This document shows positions 63,605-64,000 of a stretch of DNA of 64,000 bases, in pieces. Source of the stretch: Camelus dromedarius. Taxonomy: Eukaryota. The stretch's first letter is position 1. The number at the start of each line of letters is the position of its first letter. Where the stretch lies: contig NC_087436.1 in assembly GCF_036321535.1 (NCBI RefSeq), positions 109,804,001-109,868,000 of the forward strand, in the 5' to 3' direction. The notes beneath the pieces are model-generated. The model was not told the DNA's origin and did not search any database. It saw nothing but the letters and a program-made list of their open reading frames with translations. The position numbers were made by a program, and so were the translations under genes.

Positions 63605-64000
63605 ATGCAAAATGTGATTAATCATAACTACCTCACAGTGTTACTTTGGGAGGTAGCTAATATGTATAGGTGACTGGCCCAGAGAAAGTTCCGCATAAAT
63701 AAGATCTCTATTAATCATTAGTTATCAATCTGAATGAACTCCTAAGTCCTTTATTTTGACACAAATTGAGTTCTGCTTTTATTTCCCTGTTCTTGAAAAT
63801 TGATCTTGACTCCCGATAACTCTTCTTTCTGATGACTTGGGTGTCGTGTTCATTAAAATGACAGGACAACTCCCCGCCTCTTTGATAAATTCATCTCCAT
63901 CATGGAGCTTAGGGAGAAAGCCTCAAATTATAGTCCTGACCTTCTGCAAATAAAATGAACAACAAATGACAGAGTTAAGCAGCAGTGATTCTCATCAAAT

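Overview
Mammalian genomic DNA, most likely camelid: it holds two tRNA-Ala-derived vic-1-type SINEs and cetartiodactyl-type L1 3' ends, and I recognised no ruminant or pig SINEs. The window is AT-rich and looks intronic or intergenic. It is dominated by old transposable elements: MIR, L2, MaLR MLT1, ERVL and ERV1 solo LTRs, hAT DNA elements, a decayed L1MA9-like LINE and younger L1 3' stubs, plus microsatellites. I recognise no cellular protein-coding gene. The supplied ORFs are short; the only ones I can assign are L1 ORF2 remnants. I found no convincing novel biological system. The leads worth checking are low-confidence exon candidates (a phase-compatible + strand chain at 1.4-8.3 kb, a - strand terminal exon at about 2 kb, an 18-nt - strand microexon at 31.7 kb), an LTR with twin co-varying 5' hairpins, an unclassified repeat-within-inverted-arms element at about 16 kb, an L1 lacking ORF1 and the endonuclease, and a motif-dense LTR. 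Repeat subfamily names come from remembered consensus sequences, not a database search, and boundaries are approximate unless TSDs are cited.
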